The notes below the pieces were generated by a model, which was not told the DNA's origin, searched no databases, and saw nothing but the letters and a program-made list of their open reading frames with translations. The translations under genes and the position numbers were made by a program. Shown piece by piece: positions 1-18,258 of a DNA stretch of 42,629 bases (within the stretch, counting starts at the first letter, position 1; each line of letters starts with the position of its first letter). This stretch comes from Tubiluchus corallicola (Eukaryota > Animalia > Priapulida): positions 27,763-70,391 of the forward strand of contig JAQGDQ010001013.1 of assembly GCA_030141605.1 (NCBI GenBank). The letters are read 5' to 3'.

Positions 1-68
<68 letters not shown>

Positions 69-82
69 AGTAGAGTAGAGTA

Positions 83-126
<44 letters not shown>

Positions 127-127
127 A

Positions 128-225
<98 letters not shown>

Positions 226-240
226 TAGTAGTAGTAGTAG
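1..240. repeat. (AGT)n microsatellite
   Basis: Nearly pure AGT run with a few AGAGT interruptions. Confidence 0.97.
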
Positions 241-274
241 CAGCAGCAGCTGCAGTTTAAATATTTGTCTCAAA

Positions 275-1374
275 AACTAAGAAAAACTGTGATGTAGGGG
301 GAGTAGTGAATGAAAGATGAAATGGAGCGAGAACTAAGAAAAACTGTGATGTGGGGGGAGTAGTGAATGAAAGATGAAATGGAGCGAGAACTAAGAAAAA
401 CTGTGATGTAGGGGGAGTAGTGAATGAAAGATGAAATGGAGCGAGAACTAAGAAAAACTGTGATGTGGGGGGAGTAGTGAATGAAAGATGAAATGGAGCG
501 AGAACTAAGAAAAACTGTGATGTGGGGGGAGTAGTGAATGAAAGATGAAATGGAGCGAGAACTAAGAAAAACTGTGATGTAGGGGGAGTAGTGAATGAAA
601 GATGAAATGGAGCGAGAACTAAGAAAAACTGTGATGTAGGGGGAGTAGTGAATGAAAGATGAAATGGAGCGAGAACTAAGAAAAACTGTGATGTAGGGGG
701 AGTAGTGAATGAAAGATGAAATGGAGCGAGAACTAAGAAAAACTGTGATGTGGGGGGAGTAGTGAATGAAAGATGAAATGGAGCGAGAACTAAGAAAAAC
801 TGTGATGTAGGGGGAGTAGTGAATGAAAGATGAAATGGAGCGAGAACTAAGAAAAACTGTGATGTAGGGGGAGTAGTGAATGAAAGATGAAATGGAGCGA
901 GAACTAAGAAAAACTGTGATGTAGGGGGAGTAGTGAATGAAAGATGAAATGGAGCGAGAACTAAGAAAAACTGTGATGTGGGGGGAGTAGTGAATGAAAG
1001 ATGAAATGGAGCGAGAACTAAGAAAAACTGTGATGTAGGGGGAGTAGTGAATGAAAGATGAAATGGAGCGAGAACTAAGAAAAACTGTGATGTGGGGGAG
1101 TAGTGAATGAAAGATGAAATGGAGCGAGAACTAAGAAAAACTGTGATGTGGGGGGAGTAGTGAATGAAAGATGAAATGGAGCGAGAACTAAGAAAAACTG
1201 TGATGTAGGGGGAGTAGTGAATGAAAGATGAAATGGAGCGAGAACTAAGAAAAACTGTGATGTGGGGGGAGTAGTGAATGAAAGATGAAATGGAGCGAGA
1301 ACCAAGAAAAACTGTAATGTAGGGGGAGTAGTGAATGAAAGATGAAATGGAGCGAGAACTAAGAAAAACTGTGA
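275..1374. repeat. 57-bp minisatellite, ~19 copies
   Basis: Unit ACTAAGAAAAACTGTGATGT(A/G)GGGGGAGTAGTGAATGAAAGATGAAATGGAGCGAGA. It explains the 19-aa periodic ORFs 257..1378 and 1075..1305. Confidence 0.95.
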
Positions 1375-2070
1375 TCATGATTATAAAGTGTTCAGTAACC
1401 TGTTAAACACAGTCACGTTTTATTAAGATTACTGTGGAAAACGAATGCAGGCGAGAAGCATACGTAACACCACCACACACACTAGAGTGTCCAAGACCAG
1501 CAAGGAATAAATGCTCTAACACACTCCTCAATGACAGTAAGAAACACTTCTACACTTCTGTGTAAGTGTTCGTCTCGTTGGGGTTTTACCTCCATAGCTT
1601 ATATCCGAGACCACTAGCGCGTAGCTTATTTGTTCCCTGTAACTTTTAGGTAGGTAGGGTACAGTACCTGGGTGGATCTTAATCGTGGTTAAGCTTTTGT
1701 CAAATACCATCTTCCTGCAACGGAAATTACTGAGTGAATGACATAGTGTAGTCTGCGTTCTTAAAAAGCTAATGAACTATTAAATTGACCTAATAGTAAA
1801 GCATTGTGCTTGGTAAAACTAACAAAATATAACCACCTACTTTACAACTAGATACGCCTGGTATTTTTCTAAGAATCGCCCAAGCGCTAACCGGACCGCA
1901 GATTGAATAAAAACTAGCCCAGAAAGAAACGGAATTGCATTGCGTACTTCGCCAATATTGCCAAATAGAGTAGTTTACCTTAAATTAGTACTAACTCATC
2001 GTGTACCTAATAGTTCAGACGTATACGATAACATCGTGAACAGTTTAGTTACACTGTCAATACTTACAAC

Positions 2071-6695
<4,625 letters not shown>

Positions 6696-6902
6696 ACGTC
6701 CTTATAAACGTTGAAACAGGTTGTACTTATTATATCGTAAGTGTATGTGTATGACTTACAATTTTTAATAATCTTATAGCAATTTTTAATCTAGTTTTAG
6801 TCATTGCAAATATTTTAATTGTATGTATTTATGTCTCTATTATGCTGAAATAAACAATAATCAGTCTACCATTATGTGGTAGTAGTAGTAATAATAACAG
6901 TA

Positions 6903-6955
<53 letters not shown>

Positions 6956-8478
6956 AATAATAATAATAATAGCCTTTTTTGAAGTTGGCTTTAATTTCAA
7001 CTGATATCACAGCATATGAAGTAAACATGTATAATATGCGGATTAATATGTATATATTATAAATGTATAGACGGTAATTAAACTTTCTTTGAAAATGTTA
7101 AACATGATGTAATGTAATTGCTTCAATAAATTTCTATATATATATACAAGCAGCAAAACACTTGTCTCTTTCCCTGTTTTATTTTTCCTTTTAGTTTTTC
7201 TTTCTTGTTATCCTTTTCCACTTATTCTTATTCCAAAAATGAACACCCTCATTGATAGACAGGTGAAAATCAAATAATAGATTAAGAACTTAATTAACGG
7301 CGGGCGAGCCCAACTATTGATGACATCACAAACTAACATAATTTTCAACGGCAAAGATATTCCGCGAGCGTGTTGCACGTGTTTGCAAAAGTGAAAATTG
7401 AAGTACAGTGCTACTGTAAGATATTCAGTGTGTTGTATTAAAACTAGGCATGTTTTAAGGTAAAACATCAAATTGCAAATTTACCGCTGTACTCACGCAT
7501 GCGCTGTCGAACGTGTGTCGAAGTTCGTCACAAACTAACACATCTGAACTGAGAGGTCCAGCTTTGGCACGGCATGCAATGAATAAATTGAATGCAACTG
7601 TTAAGGCTAGTGTGAACCTGACTTAATAAATCTTAATTTTGTAGCGAAGGTGGCTCCATCTAGCTAGAAAGTTTAAAGTGTAGGCATTGACCTAGTTACG
7701 TTTTTCATTATGCTGTTCTGTCAAAATGAGAGAACATGTGTCTTGTACAAGCTAGCGAAATTTTTCATTTAGATATATGCCGCAACGATGTAAGTTTACT
7801 TCTATTAATTTTTATTTTTATTTATTCACTGATATTTATGAATGGACTAAACTATGTAACAATCTAACTAAATTAGCCAATGTCAGTCACCTTTGCCTTT
7901 GTATTTTTTTGTTTTAAATGTTGCAGAAATAAAGATCAGTGGTTTATATGAAAATTCAACTGAGACTTTTGAAGTTGTCATAAATGCCTCTCAGAGACAC
8001 TAACAACCAATTGTGCCCCAATATTAAATTTTACATGTCAAACGGTTTTGTGGCATGACTTTGATAAAAAGGCTCGTGCGAAAAATTGTTTTCATTTTTC
8101 ATCACGCGATGTCAGCACCATTTGTTGCAGGTTCAAGAAGAAACTACAGAAATGGAAAGCACACGTTTTTTAGAAGGAAACAAAACAAAAAACTTGCATT
8201 ATGCGATGTGTTTTTAATTGACAATAAACATTCGCTCGTCTCATTAACCCTTTGCACACGATACTACTACGGCGTAATGTTTTTTCTGCCACAAAAATTG
8301 GTAGATTAATTTGGCAAAAACTTTGTGCTAATGAAGAATCAAAAGCATGGGCCTATCATAATTATTGCTGATAACCAAGAATCTGACTTTACTTATAAGA
8401 GAAACCTCTTGCACCTTGTGATTTCCATCATGACTTGTAAATTTTTACTTGGATACAATCATCATAATTATCGAAACA

Positions 8479-9120
<642 letters not shown>

Positions 9121-9214
9121 TGAGCAAGAAGACAAACCTAATATTCACAAATTTCAGCTTCTATTACTGCTGTTACATTAGTCAAAACTCGACACGAATC
9201 AAAGCAGATTCCTT

Positions 9215-9670
9215 ATGAATTGCCCATTACATCAACTAGCTAGCGTAGTTATGTTTGATAAACTAAATGCAATACTTCTGCCCGAAAACCTTAATATAGC
9301 TGTCTTAGGAAATAATGATCTGTTGAAGTTGTTAATATTCGGAAAAAATGAATTTAACTTTGTTACTAACTGTAAAATATTCCAATGCATACATGACTTT
9401 ATATTACGTACTAAACGCTTCCAGTAGTTTCTATCTGATATAAAATGCATCATTCTTAAATATTCGTACATCCATATTTACTAACCGTCATTTTTTACTA
9501 ATGTCTAATGTATCACTGTAATAAAACTTTAGTATACTAAAGTATACTAAAAACTAAGTATAGTCTATTCTTACTGTAAATGTTCTTGTAAATGGTGTAT
9601 AAAGTCTGTTGTGGTGAGGATCTTAAATCATGTTGTACAAACTGCCTGATCCAATCCTATAATAAATTAT
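9215..9670 (+). mobile_element. CR1-type LINE 3' end relic (mirror ~41935-42393, minus)
   Basis: C-terminal ...LLIFG...N.KIF..IHDFILRTKRF motif resembles CR1-clade ORF2 ends; followed by a UTR-like stretch ending in AATAAA. Confidence 0.6.
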
Positions 9671-9904
9671 GTTTAAACTAATATTCCTTATGAATAAGGT
9701 ACTATGCAGCCTGCTAGGATTCCATTCCATCTTAGATTTAAACGACTTTCTTATATCGCAGCAAGTATGAACCAAAAAAATTACAATTCTCTAATTATAT
9801 TGTTTCAATGTTGTTGCAAAGAAAGATGTTTCTATACAGATTCCAGAAAGATTCATTCGAAACCTCCATAGCTCTGATTTTTCGTCCATTCTGCAGAGTA
9901 ACAA

Positions 9905-10590
9905 GGACACCACCTTGCTTAACGCCGCTTTCATGCAAAATTCCTCACTCAGTTCACTGTCTCATTTGATCTGTAATGATTAATTGGTGTACCTACGTAA
10001 CAGCTACATATTAGTATATTATATTAATATATTAATATTGTTACGAAGGCAGATTTTGACCAACCCCCTAATGTTAGTAATGGGTATGGTTGAGAAGCCC
10101 AGTAATGCAAATGTACCTGTATAAAACAGAATGCATGCCGTAATTTGACGATTCCAACCTGGCCTTTCTGTCTGTAAGGGTGAATGCTGTAGGTTTGCTG
10201 ATTTTTATTCCAAAGTCTGTTCACATGTCATGGGGCTACTGGTTGTGCATTAAAGTTTATTTTACATTCGTATTCTTTTTACTTTTCTCGTCTGCTGTAA
10301 AGTATTTCATAACTTGTATGCCGCTCTATACATCCTGAGACGGATCCGCGCTGGAACCAGGATCCGTTACACTGGTGTCAGAAGTGGGATACATTCTGAG
10401 GAGACGGATACGGCACTGGAACCCGGATCCGTTACAATATTAATATACATTAACAACCATACAAGTGGTAACACGCTTTTGTCAATGAGTTTTCTTTGGA
10501 CACAACTTACAACACGATCGAATGCTTTAGTTGCATCCAGTAATAATACCGAGTGAATGCCTCTCTTAGAAGTTGAACAGTCAGTCACAG
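9905..10590 (-). pseudogene. Decayed non-LTR reverse transcriptase fragment split by a solo LTR (mirror ~41016-41705, plus)
   Basis: LLDATKAFDRV motif on one side of the LTR and GGCGTTAAGCAAGGTGGTGTCCTT = GVKQGGVL on the other, with frameshifts and stops. Confidence 0.75.
10039..10436 (-). mobile_element. Solo LTR (Gypsy-like), 398 bp
   Basis: TG...CA termini (TGTAAC...GTAACA on the minus strand), 4-bp ATAT target duplication on both sides, internal AATAAA on the minus strand. Confidence 0.8.
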
Positions 10591-10697
10591 GCTGTAGTAA
10601 AACAATTAATACAGCACAGCAAACATCTAGGCAGATCAGGGATGCTAATTATAACAGGAAATCAGTGTACTGTTGGTACTGATGGATCAGGAATCAT

Positions 10698-11180
10698 TTC
10701 CTTCTTCAAAATCTCATTCCACCTGTTGTAGGCATTGAGGTATCCTCATTTATCAGAGCATTCCACCCACTTCTATCTGCAGCGAACAGCGTAAGTTCTT
10801 CTACTCCTAAAGATAGATTTGGTTGAAGTTGTTGAACATCTTTATTTATCTTAGCCATCCAAGTTGTTTTAGGTTTACCAGGTGGTTTTTTGCAAGGTTT
10901 TAAGGCTTCCTTTAAAGGCAATTCTTACTGGTGCTTCATTTGGTAATCTTAGAAGATGTCCTAGCCATCTTAATCTTCGGATCTTCACGTTTAAACTCCA
11001 ATAAATTTCTTTTGTTCTGGTGTATAAATCTTCGTTTCTGATTATGTATGGCCATCTTATTTTTAAAACTTTCCTAAGAAGACTTCTATGAAAATGTGTC
11101 AAGCTGCTTTTCTTGAGTAATTGCTAAACCCCAAGTTTTACTGTTGTACATAAATATGCTTGTAACGTAAGCATTAAATA
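10698..11180 (-). mobile_element. 5'-truncated RTE-clade LINE 3' end (mirror ~40423-40906, plus)
   Basis: FHRSLLRKVLKIRWP..IRNEDLY...RRLRWLGHLLR, a frameshift, then GKPKTTW and a short GAA tail. Confidence 0.8.
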
Positions 11181-11398
11181 ATCACTTCCTATCAACGCTC
11201 TACTCCGTCTCCGTTGTCACGGCACGTGCAACGTCATTTTCGTACATTGTTGTACACTGCAGTTACGTAGAGTTTAATGTCGCCAGACAATGCTAGTAGG
11301 TGATCATCAAGTACGCAGGATTCCTGTAATCTGTAAGCTCTAATCCAGGGTTACAGGACTAAGTTAAATTTCATGTCTTTACACGACAAATGAGAATC

Positions 11399-12051
11399 AT
11401 CAGAATCAGAATTACATAACTGACATAATCGTTCATTAAATGGGACACTTTCATAATTTCAATGTAAAAACAGATGCATCTCATTCTGGATAGCATCAGA
11501 ATTACATAACTGACGTAATCGTTCATTAAATGGGATACTTTCATAATTTCAATGTAAAAACAGATGCATCTCATTCTGGATAGCATCAGAATTACATAAC
11601 TGACATAATCGTTCATTAAATGGGACACTTTCATAATTTCAATGTAACAACAGATGCATCTCATCCTGGATAGCATCAGAATTACATAACTGACATAATC
11701 GTTCATTAAATGGGAGACTTTCATAATTTTAATGTAAAAACAGATGCATCTCATCCTGGATAGCATCAGAATTACATAACTCACATAATCATTCATTAAA
11801 TGGGACACTTTCATAATTTCAATGTAACAACAGATGCATCTCATCCTGGATAGCATCAGAATTACATAACTAACATAATCGTTCATTAAATGGGACGCTT
11901 TCATAATTTCAATGCAACAACAGATGCATCTCATCCTGGATAGCATCAGAATTACATAACTGACATAATCGTTCCTTAAATAGGACACTTTCATAATTTC
12001 AATGCAACAACAGATTCATCTCATCCTGGATGGCATCAGAATTACATAACT
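11399..12051. repeat. 90-bp minisatellite, ~7 copies (mirror 39615-40202, ~6.5 copies)
   Basis: 30-aa periodic ORF IEIMKVSHLMNDYVSYVILMLSRMRCICFY arises from the repeat. Confidence 0.92.
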
Positions 12052-12544
12052 GGATACGTTATGGTTTCAGACAGAACAAACGTACATTGTGTTGTAGTGA
12101 CCACGTGATTAAATCCAAAATGAAGCTCAGTATCATTTCATGAATCCTTTTCTTCATTTACAAAGATTAAATCAAGCATATTAACAATTATGTTAGTTAG
12201 GTATGCATAGTTAATAAATTATAAGAAAGTTATAACATCAGTTTCAAACACTTTGAATTCAAATTAGAAAACTGAAATTCAACGGTTTTGTTCATTGTGA
12301 AAAAAGAATCCATTGTTAATAATCAATTAGAATTATTTCATTTCTCTTACAGTAACTTAATTAACCCATATAAAAATGTGTTGCAAAAAATGGAATTAGA
12401 ATTCGAGAATTGTCAGTAGGCTAGTTTAATAAAATTCTAGAAGCTATAGATAATGTCAAGCCATAGATAAAGATATGATAGACAGTGCATTGTTGATCGA
12501 TATTTATTAATTGTTTACAATGCATATTGTTGTATTCATTGTTT

Positions 12545-12740
12545 TTAGTGCAGCTGGTTGTATTAATGGTTTATGGTGCAGACGGTTGTATTAGTGGTTT
12601 ATAGTGCATACGGTTGTATTAAATGTTTATGGTGCATACGGTTGTATTAATTGTTTATGGTGCATACGGTTGTATTAATTGTTTATGGTGCATACGGTTG
12701 TTTTAATGGTTTATAGTGCATACGGTTGTATTAATTGTTT
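12545..12740. repeat. 28-bp minisatellite, ~7 copies (mirror ~38923-39120)
   Basis: Unit ATGGTGCATACGGTTGTATTAATTGTTT. Confidence 0.9.
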
Positions 12741-13510
12741 ACAGTTCCAGCCGCTGTGTGGCAGTGCTATTCGAATGATAATGGCGACGTTTAATAAGCC
12801 TTTCACTGCCAAACAAAGACAAGTATGGCATGGGACGCCATGTTCCTGGGCCATAATTTTAAACACACAGGAGGACTGGAAGATCTTATTTACTCTGTGT
12901 GTTTTAGCCGCCATTTTTACACCTAGTTCTCTGCAATTTTGGGAATCCACGTGCACAACCATTCCCATCGATGAGCAGGTACTGTAGAGGGGGCATAGGC
13001 CCTTTTTTGGTTTTAATTTAGTTCTCAATTACTGCCACGGTGCTGCCACCTGTTTGTTTATTTAGTAGGCTTTTTACCTTTTACAATAGTCACACTTTTA
13101 AGTCATGGTCACACGGTCTTTCGTGAGCAATAGCTGTAGTAGTTGTATGACATTTTACCCGTCTTTTGGTTCTCTTCGCCATTGCTCTATTTTTCTGACT
13201 GTGATGAGCATTATGACTGTAAATTTCTTGTGAATTTATTGTTGTGACATTGTTGTTGTTCTTAAGGCAACTTGGAGTTCTCATTCCTGTCATTGTAACT
13301 ATTAAAGGCTCTAACGACGTAAGTTATTGTTAATTACTTTCAATATAGTCTTTATAATTTTTATATCAGTTCTTAGTCATAGCAATATATTTAATCGTGC
13401 AACTAATTTTCTTCTACTCAATGCAAATTAAACTAAATGTTAATAATTGTCTTTCAGAATAAAGAAACTTTTGGTCAACACGTTAAACTGGTGTTTTGTA
13501 TCCATTTCAG

Positions 13511-14364
13511 GTACCGCGGTGTAAATACGACCAAAGCTTCCCGTATCCCGAAGAATGTGACGTGAACTGTCCAAATACCACGGAAGAAGAACTTACCATG
13601 AGGAGCATCATGCTACAAGGTCATATTAATTCCTTCACGGTCGAATTCTATCTTGAAAAGCGGTTACCTGAAAACTTCCTATTAGGGAAAGTGTTGAGGC
13701 AGGTGGTTATAGAATCCACAGAACTGACGGACATTTCAGAAAACGACATTATGGCTCAGGTGACGGATAGTATTGCAATCAAGGGAAATGAGGAACTCAC
13801 AAATATACATCCCAGAGCTTTTGGCAATCAGCCAGATATGACTGTGTTGGAGATATCTAATAATCCTGTTTTAAGGACATTGGTGCTGGATTTTTCAACC
13901 AATCCAAAGCTGAGTAGACTAGTAGTAAAACACAATCCTATACGGCATATGGACAGGCCTATATTTCATAGCAATATGCCTTTCGAAGAGGTGACCATAA
14001 TGTTGCTTGGTAAGTCAGAATCTTATTTTGTTGCAAAGGAAAATTACCTGTATTCTGCTAAGAATCGCTAATTTTCAGAAAACTCTGCTTTATTTTTCCC
14101 TTATCTCTAGAGGTAACGCGCCCGCTTTCCGTCTGGGAGGTCGTGAGTTCGAACCAGCGGCCGGGTCATACCAAACACTTTAAAAATGGTACCTGCTTTG
14201 CCCTGCCTGACGCGTGGTATTTGGGGTAAAAGTAGGATAATAATAGTCTCTGTTATGTAGTTGTAGGTTGTTATTTACAGTTGGCGATAATAGCTCTTTG
14301 AGCTAATGTTGTTTACCCAAAAGCCGACTTTAAATAAAGATTATTATTATTATTATTATTATTG

Positions 14365-14409
<45 letters not shown>

Positions 14410-17055
14410 GTATTAGTATTAGTATTAGTATTAGTATTATTATTATTATTATTATTATTATTGTTATTATTATTATTATTATTTTTATTATTGTTATTAT
14501 TAATATTATTATTATTATTATTATTTTTATTATCTGCAAATCTCAGAAAACTTATGCGACTTCTTTACTATTCGTTTTTGACAAAAATATGAGGCACTGG
14601 CAGTTGCTATAAACTTGCACGTGAAACGGATTCTTGACCGGAAATGTCCCAGATGGAGTTTTAATCCATGGTCTAGATCAGGGGTGTGCAAATTGCGGCT
14701 CGCGGGCCCCATGCGGCCCGCCGAGAGAACTTGTGCGGCCCGTGAAGAGATTTGTCAACCTAATGAAAGTGCGGCCCGGGCGATTAATTGAGTGTATCCA
14801 GCTGAAGTCCGTGCCACGATCCCAAAGATAGTGCGGGTAGTTTTTTCTACTAGATCGGATGCTATTAACCCTTACAAGACGGTTGTAGCTTAATGTCACT
14901 GTACTACACAAACTGTGTGATATACATTACTAATATGCATTGTAATGAAATTACCACTATCTGTCCTGAAAGTAAAAATATATGGTTTGTAATATAAATT
15001 TTAATAACTTCTGAAATAGTTACTTGAGTGTAGTACTAATGATGTACGCAGGTCGGATGCAAAAAAATCGTTATTAGGCCTTTCTGTACTTGGCTCCTTG
15101 GTCAAACTGCCTGTGGCCCGCAGGAATTGTGGGAAAGTTTAATGTGGCCCGGCTAGTCAGATAATTTGCACACCCCTGATCTAGATGATGAGTTTAGGAT
15201 TGATATCACTCCGCATTGGAACCTTGTATTGTTAATCAGTTGTACGTCGAGTTAAATTGTATGCCTAGGAGCGTGCGGGAAAGCCAATAATTGCCTTGAA
15301 AAAGTTATAGCTGAGTAACCAGTCTACTAGGTGATAAAAATTTAGTGGATGTGGGTTCAAATCTCCTTTGCGCCCCCGTTTTTCCCCCACTACGTGTTTA
15401 TTCATTTTTCCGTCTTTTCATTTTAGGGACTTTTTGAATAAATTAAATAATTGTTTTAGTAAGTTATGTTGTCGTGAAGCTTACGATTTCTTTATCTCAT
15501 TTTTTATTAGTTCTTAATTATGATCATTAATCATATTATTACGTTCTCTTGTTAAAACATTAAAAATCCCGCACAAATAATTTCAGCTATAAAATAAGTT
15601 TATTTCTTTATATACAGTCTAAACTTTCACCTTGAATTAGTATGCATAACATTTACCTTCATTGAATTGCTGGCTTCCTGGCTTCATGGAAAAAACTTAC
15701 CTGGTCAATTGGTTTTCAGAGATCATTGAGTAAGCATGTGACTTAAACTGAGAGAGCAACGTATAGTGTTGTTAATGAGTTATATAAATAAAGCTCACCT
15801 GTATTCTACTTGAATTCTACCTGTATTCTCGTGTCTTAGCAATTACCTTATCAGGACCACACACCGCCAATATTTAAAAGACTAAACTTTCTAAACATTT
15901 ACGACATTAATAAGTTCCAAACTGCCATTTTCATGTACAAATTCTCTCATAAATTATTGCCTCCCTTATTTACTGATTATTTTTGTTTGAATGCTGAGAT
16001 ACATAATTACGGCACACGTTATAGACTTAACTATCACTACATACAGTGCAACACAAATGTTAGAAATGTTTCTATTAAATACAATGGCCCTTACATATGG
16101 AATTCAATTGCTCCAGCTATTAAAAATGCCAACTCGCTGTCCATATTTAAAAAAATATAAATTAAACTTACTTGAAACATATAACTGATAACTCAATCAT
16201 GATTTGTTGTTTTTCATTTTCAAAAACTTCCCCTCTAGTATAATAATATTTTTATCACTTCCCACCCGTATTTATATTTGTATATATTGTAATGTTGTAT
16301 CTGTATATATTATAATTTTTTTCGTAACTAATTCTAGTGGCCTACCATAAGCTAGCTTCTTAGGTCTCTAGCGCAGAATTCATGAATTGTATCATAATTT
16401 TGTATTAACAAAACCTGATTATCGTGCGCATGTAAAAAAAACTTTTTCATGTATGTATAATGGATTTTGACAGGTAACGAACTAATATGCGATAATGATT
16501 TTAAAAAATTAAGCTCACTTGTATTTTACTTGAATTCTACCTGTATTCTAGTGTCTTGGCAATTACCTTTAGAACATCTTCATATATGTATAATGAATTT
16601 TCACAGGTAACGAACTAATCTGCGATTGCGACATCCTGTGGACGAAAACCGAAGCTTGGTCCGAAAGTGTAGTTGATTGTAATACGCCAGCCATGCTAGA
16701 TGCTGAAATTGTGGACTTCGACTGCGAACTACCAAACGTGACCATAGAGACCCTCACAGAAACCACAGTCAACGATACGAACGACACAGAATCCACTCCG
16801 GAGGAGGTCAGTCAAAAGGGAGTCGCATCGACAGCAAAGACACCGGCGAGTTACCTTTCCGCCATTTTGATGGTCGTTGCCGGGATTGGAGCAATGATTC
16901 TTTTGACTATTTTGCTGTTAGTGGTGATGCTGTACCGCAGGAGAAGGCAGAGGGCTTTATCCGAGGCTAGTGGTACAACAGCTGAAAGCAGTCTAAACCA
17001 GACTACAACAGATGATTCGGGCCGGACTTTCCAGTCCAGAAGTTCCGAATCCTAG
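13511..17055 (+). CDS. LRR-A: single-pass type I membrane LRR protein (Cys cap, LRRs, LRRCT, short Thr-rich stalk, TM, Ser/Thr-rich tail); 5' exon(s) unresolved
   Basis: Exon 13511-14009 (499 bp; acceptor TTTCAG, donor G|GTAAGT) has LRR motifs such as IKGNEELTNIHPRAF, LEISNNPVLRTL and LSRLVVKHNPIRHM. It joins in phase 1 to exon 16607-17055 (acceptor TTCACAG), which encodes GNELICDCDILW...VDC...C (LRRCT), TM AILMVVAGIGAMILLTILLLVVML and a YRRRR stop-transfer. The signal exon probably lies within 13100-13318. Confidence 0.85.
14103..14532 (+). mobile_element. tRNA-derived SINE with (TTA)n tail (mirror ~37135-37562, minus)
   Basis: Degenerate tRNA head with B-box GAGTTCGAACC, then GGTCATACCAAACACTTTAAAAATGGTACC. 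From memory this core resembles the MetaSINE central domain (not verified). Microsatellite tail 14340-14532. Confidence 0.75.
14679..15178 (+). mobile_element. hAT (Charlie-like) MITE, 500 bp (mirror 36489-36988)
   Basis: TIR CAGGGGTGTGCAAATT, 8-bp target duplication GTCTAGAT/ATCTAGAT, subterminal GCGGCCCG motifs. Confidence 0.9.
15850..16440 (+). mobile_element. 5'-truncated CR1/L2-group LINE 3' end (mirror ~35230-35817, minus)
   Basis: HTPPIFKRLNFLNIYDINKFQTAIFMYK...HNYGTR...SIKYNGPYIWNSI...SLSIFKK is a typical ORF2 C-terminus; ends in a short A tract. Confidence 0.78.
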
Positions 17056-17668
17056 TTAATTCGTCAATCAGTTTGGTTGAATATCATCATTAGTTTTATC
17101 CAGTTAAGGTAGCGAACTCGTTAATGGATCAGCGCATCTTTAATATAGTTAATTTATACTTGATTTTTGCCACCTTGCAAACTGCAAATCTGCGGAATTA
17201 TTACGGTCACATGAAAGTTCGGATGCCACGCGAAAGAGCCCTTACGTACGAAAACCCAGCCACCCACTAGCGGAGAAACTAGCGCAGTAAATACTAAACG
17301 GAGTAAAGGGCTTTCCACACTTGAGTGAAGCTTAAGCTATGTGAACGCGAGTGAAAACTAGTTCATAAAACTTTCTCATAGATTTTCTGATCGAGACTCA
17401 ATCAGGCGTCCACGATAGATTTCCTGATCGAAGATCAATCATTACCTTTTCCATAAACTTTTGCAATACAATGTCACAGTGACCATGAACACTAGTGCTG
17501 TTTACTGTTCCTAAAATAGCAACAAAATTACGATAACAACTGCAAATTTCTGCAGAAATGTAATAATCAAAACGTTCTGGCTACAAAGTAACTTTAATAA
17601 CAGCAGATTGGGATCGATTATTGTTTATTCAAGTTTAAAAAATGAAACTCACCCGGCATTGTCTAATT

Positions 17669-18150
17669 CAGAGGTGTGCAAATTATCTGACTAGCCGGGT
17701 CACATTAAACTTTCCCACAATTCCTGCGGGCCACATGCAGTTTGATCAAGGAGTCACGTACAGAAAGGCCTAATAACGATTTTTTTTGCATCCGACCTGC
17801 GTACATCATTACTACTACACTCAAGAAACCATTTTAGAAGTTATTAAAATTTATATTACAAACCATATATTTCTACTTTCAGGACAGATAGTGGTAATTT
17901 CATTACAATGCATATTAGTAATGTGTATCACACAGTCTGTGTAGTAAAGTGACATTAAGCTACAACCGTCTTGTAAGGGTTAATGGTATCTGATCTAGTA
18001 GAAAAACTACCTGCACTATATTTGGGATCGTGGCACGGACTTCAGCTGGATACACTCAATTAATCGCCCGGGCCGCACTTTCATTAGGTTGACAAATCTC
18101 TTCGCGGGCCGCACAAATTCTCTCGGTGGGCCGCAATTTGCACACCCCTG
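17669..18150 (-). mobile_element. Second copy of the same hAT MITE, inverted (mirror 33526-34005)
   Basis: Reverse complement of 14679-15178 with a small deletion; flanks GTCTAATT/GTCTAGTG. Confidence 0.9.
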
Positions 18151-18258
18151 GTCTAGTGGGAAAAAATTCCATTCTTGGGTAAATGGTTTGAATTATCTGA
18201 CTTCTAGAAAGTTCTATGTAAAGTTCAACCATAGACATAATAGACACTGTATTAATAA

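Noticed and set aside
257-1378. 373-aa repetitive ORF
   Set aside because: By-product of the 57-bp minisatellite. A 1-bp indel switches the peptide mid-array, and there is no gene context.
11371-11994. 207-aa Cys/Met-rich repeat protein (and mirror 39672..40253)
   Set aside because: Translation of a 90-bp minisatellite; copy number and C-terminus differ between the arms.
14103-14165. Functional tRNA gene
   Set aside because: Degenerate head with no clean acceptor stem, continuing into a SINE body and tail.
16607-17055. Toll-like receptor or VLR assignment for the LRR genes
   Set aside because: The tail is ~40 aa with no TIR domain, and there is no array of LRR donor cassettes as in agnathan VLR loci.
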